A stretch of DNA of 64,000 nucleotides. It comes from Raillietiella orientalis. Taxonomy: Eukaryota. The DNA is taken from NCBI GenBank assembly GCA_036172245.1, contig JAYWIR010000025.1:1364001-1428000 (forward strand). Reading direction: 5' to 3'. Below the pieces are notes generated by a model. The model ran no database searches and was not told the origin of the DNA. It saw only the letters and a list, made by a program, of their open reading frames with translations. Shown here one piece after another: positions 61,080 through 64,000 of this stretch. Position 1 is the first letter of the stretch. Each line of letters begins with the position of its first letter. The translations under genes and the position numbers were made by a program.

Positions 61080-64000
61080 CCAGCAATGCAACTAGGTGCT
61101 TTAAAGGGAATTGGGATATTTATTTGGAGGAACGGAAACGGACGCGTTTCCAGAATAGACGACTTTGATCTCCATACAAATTTGTGTCGATACTCAGTTG
61201 CGTGACAGAAAAATGGCGATGTCTTGTGCTGACCATGAAACTCCGGAGAAATCAGAGAATTTGGACATAGAACCGTAAACGAATAATAAAGAGACTGGAA
61301 GCTCCCTTGGAATGTGAAAAATGGAATTCACATATGAATAAACTGCTCACCATTACGGACGAATTACGTACTGTGGAATTCCATGGTGATTTCGGGTTAC
61401 CTGGCACACTGCGACCAAACTTCCTGAATCGAAATTCCCGCTTACCGTAGACCACATCCTCAGTCCTTCGCTGTGGGGGAATTCAGAGAATCTGAAACCA
61501 AAAAGGACTGGCTATTAATAAATATGGTACTCATTCTAGTAATGAGTCGTAATCTAAAACGTGGCATCCGATTCTGACGTTTACTGCTCTTCCCACCCCT
61601 CAATTTAGGTAGCATTTTTCGAAGAAATAAATTCATACTCATTATGCAAAATGCCACCTTAGGACGGATGGTACTCGAGCATCCACGTAAGCATCCTCTT
61701 AACATCTAAGCCTTCAGATGTTAAGGTCCTTGACGCTCTCATGCCGACATTTGTTCAACATCTCAGATAACTCAACATCCAACAGCAATATCCTGAATGG
61801 AAAAATATGCTGAAAAGGAAAATGGGATGTAATTTATAGCAAACATTAACTGTTTTAGATGCGGATGAAGGTCTCTTTTGAACCCCACAAAAAAAGAAGC
61901 CAAGACCTAATTCATCTGTCGTCAGTCAGACACATATATGAACCGCTGTCGTATATCCACGAACGTGTTGCAAAAGACAAAAAAAATAACTGAGCTGCAG
62001 CAGGGTTGGACCTCAACTCGAAATCTATTCAAAGAGATCTTCACATCGGTAACAACCGAGAAAGGTGAACGCAGAACAAGGAGCGTGCCCACCGTTCCTT
62101 GAGCACCGGAAAAAGCACAAAACACTGTTTTTCCTGGAAGTGTGGAATTATCTTAGCAGAACTGCCGCAGAGAGATAAACAGATATCCTCAGCATGAGGA
62201 TTTTTTTTTTCTTTGGTAAGGGAATTCAATTTTCAGGTTGAGCTCTCGATATCTCCTGCAAGGAATTCTCTTCCTATACGATTCCTAAGAGCAGTGTCTG
62301 GAACTCATCATGATGCTTTCTCTTGTTATCTTTTCGTGAATTAAAAGCTACTGACGTTTGCAAAGAGCATTATGCGTTCAGTTAATGCCTCAACAGCTCC
62401 GGAAATATCTGAATACTTTTATGGACTCTTCAGCTGGGAGAAAGCTAAAAATTGGCATGATGGATGAATAGCTACTACATGATATTTGTGAGCGGTAACG
62501 CTGCTATTTCTTTGATGTTGAGAGTGCTTTTTAACAGAAAGCATTCTAAATAAATTGAAGGTACATTTGATCAACGCCTGATAGATGCATTTTATTAAAC
62601 GCTTCATAGAGAACAAAGATGGCCGATGAACATTTCCTGCCCAAGTCTACGATATGCTCCCTGGCCAAAGCAGAATGTCGGGATGTTGCTTTGAAGAATC
62701 CATGCAATCGAATCCTCCGCTCTTTTAGTACTTACTGATTTTGGCAAAAGTATTTGGGATTCTGCGGAAAACAGAGTTCGGCCACATTTGCTTTTCCGTC
62801 GAATATTTATGGAATCTCTGAGATCACACAGCGTTACCAGGCGTTTCTCTTTCTCTCTCTCCTTTTCAGCAGGATTGCACTTTTTTTTGCCTCGGTGCCA
62901 AATACATGTGTTTCCTGGGGTGTTCGTTTTCGTCATTTCGAAGCGATGCGATTCCCGTGCGCGAACGCCTTCAGGCTCGTCTTGGCAAGAAGACTTCTTT
63001 CATGAAGTTGCGCGGAGGTCGGGTCACTTTTGCTAGAGTGCCTCCTGCTATCTCGAAATTGGGCGTCTTTTGTTTTGCTGCCTTTCGATCCCTCTGCTAA
63101 CTCTCCGGAAATGTTTCCAACAGTCGTGAACTCTCAGGTCGTGCATCATATAGCCTGAGCACATCAGCTTAACAGCTCCAAGCATTCGTAAACAAAGTCA
63201 TGAACTCTCAGGTCTTTCGTAGGAAGAATTTCTACGTTAAATGAATTATTAAGCGTTCAATCATTAACCTTTAATCACAACTCGATCACTTTTCCTATTT
63301 CTGCAAAGTTTCATGCCCAGTGGTATAGAGTGCGGCAACTCAAAGACCATCGATTTATGGAAGGGAAAAGTCAAGCAGCAAGGCAGAGCGATCGAATGGC
63401 AAAATCAAAGCACTTGATTTTGCCATCCAGATTCATTTATGCGCTTTGATAATAAGATTCAGGAAATCAGCCAGACTGACTTTTCCGTCTTTTCCGCAAA
63501 ACGCAACCCGATAGCTTGACGAATTTCATCACCATCCATTTACGGAGAATCGGGCAAACAGCTGAATAGGCCATAAAAGGCTAATTTTTAAAAAGTCATG
63601 AGAATTCCCACTAAAGATTTGCATAACATTTAGAAGATGGTTTTAATTTGGAGCACTCGGGGTCATTTAGAAAAAAAACTTTGCTCTAACCAACGGATCT
63701 TTAAACCGGCTTCAGAATTTGTCCTTAGCTACCCTGCAGTAAGTTCCGATAGTGAGGTGAATATATTCATCTCTCCAGTGGAAAGAACACAGAAGTGATC
63801 CTCCAAAATGATGTGGTAGGATCAAATTTTCCGATATCTCCAATTTGATCAACTATTTATGACTGTATATTACGTCGTGGCTGTATCTGTACGTACATGG
63901 TACGTGCAAGTTCTTCGAAAGTTTCTAAATTCAAGTAGCATTACTGGAGAAACGCAAAGCGAATCGCGTGCTTCGCTTATTTCGTTGGGAGCTGCGTTCT

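Noticed and set aside
1..64000. CRISPR arrays, rRNA, operons or prokaryotic defence systems
   Set aside because: No repeat-spacer arrays, rRNA motifs or dense long ORFs; the sequence has eukaryotic intron-exon character.

Overview
This is eukaryotic genomic DNA of moderate GC content with long poly-A/T runs, microsatellites and short GT..AG exons, several with TTTCAG acceptors. That pattern suggests a nematode (inference only). No intact protein with a recognisable family could be identified; scattered candidate exons, mostly on the minus strand (about 3.7-10 kb and 20-36 kb), suggest one or more unassigned multi-exon genes. Two things are well supported. (1) A decayed mariner transposon (42344-43250) rearranged into a fold-back element with 374-bp inverted arms that differ at only 2 positions. 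(2) Two diverged, oppositely oriented copies (6250-7028 minus, 44748-45450 plus) of a GC-rich element of about 0.7-0.8 kb. Each has a tRNA-like head with Pol III A/B boxes, no internal TTTT, and a body of short UUCG-type hairpins. With no poly(A) tail or target-site duplication visible, it is either an unusual SINE or an undescribed multi-copy, long, structured Pol III RNA, and it is the most interesting signal here. No CRISPR array, rRNA or intact tRNA was found.
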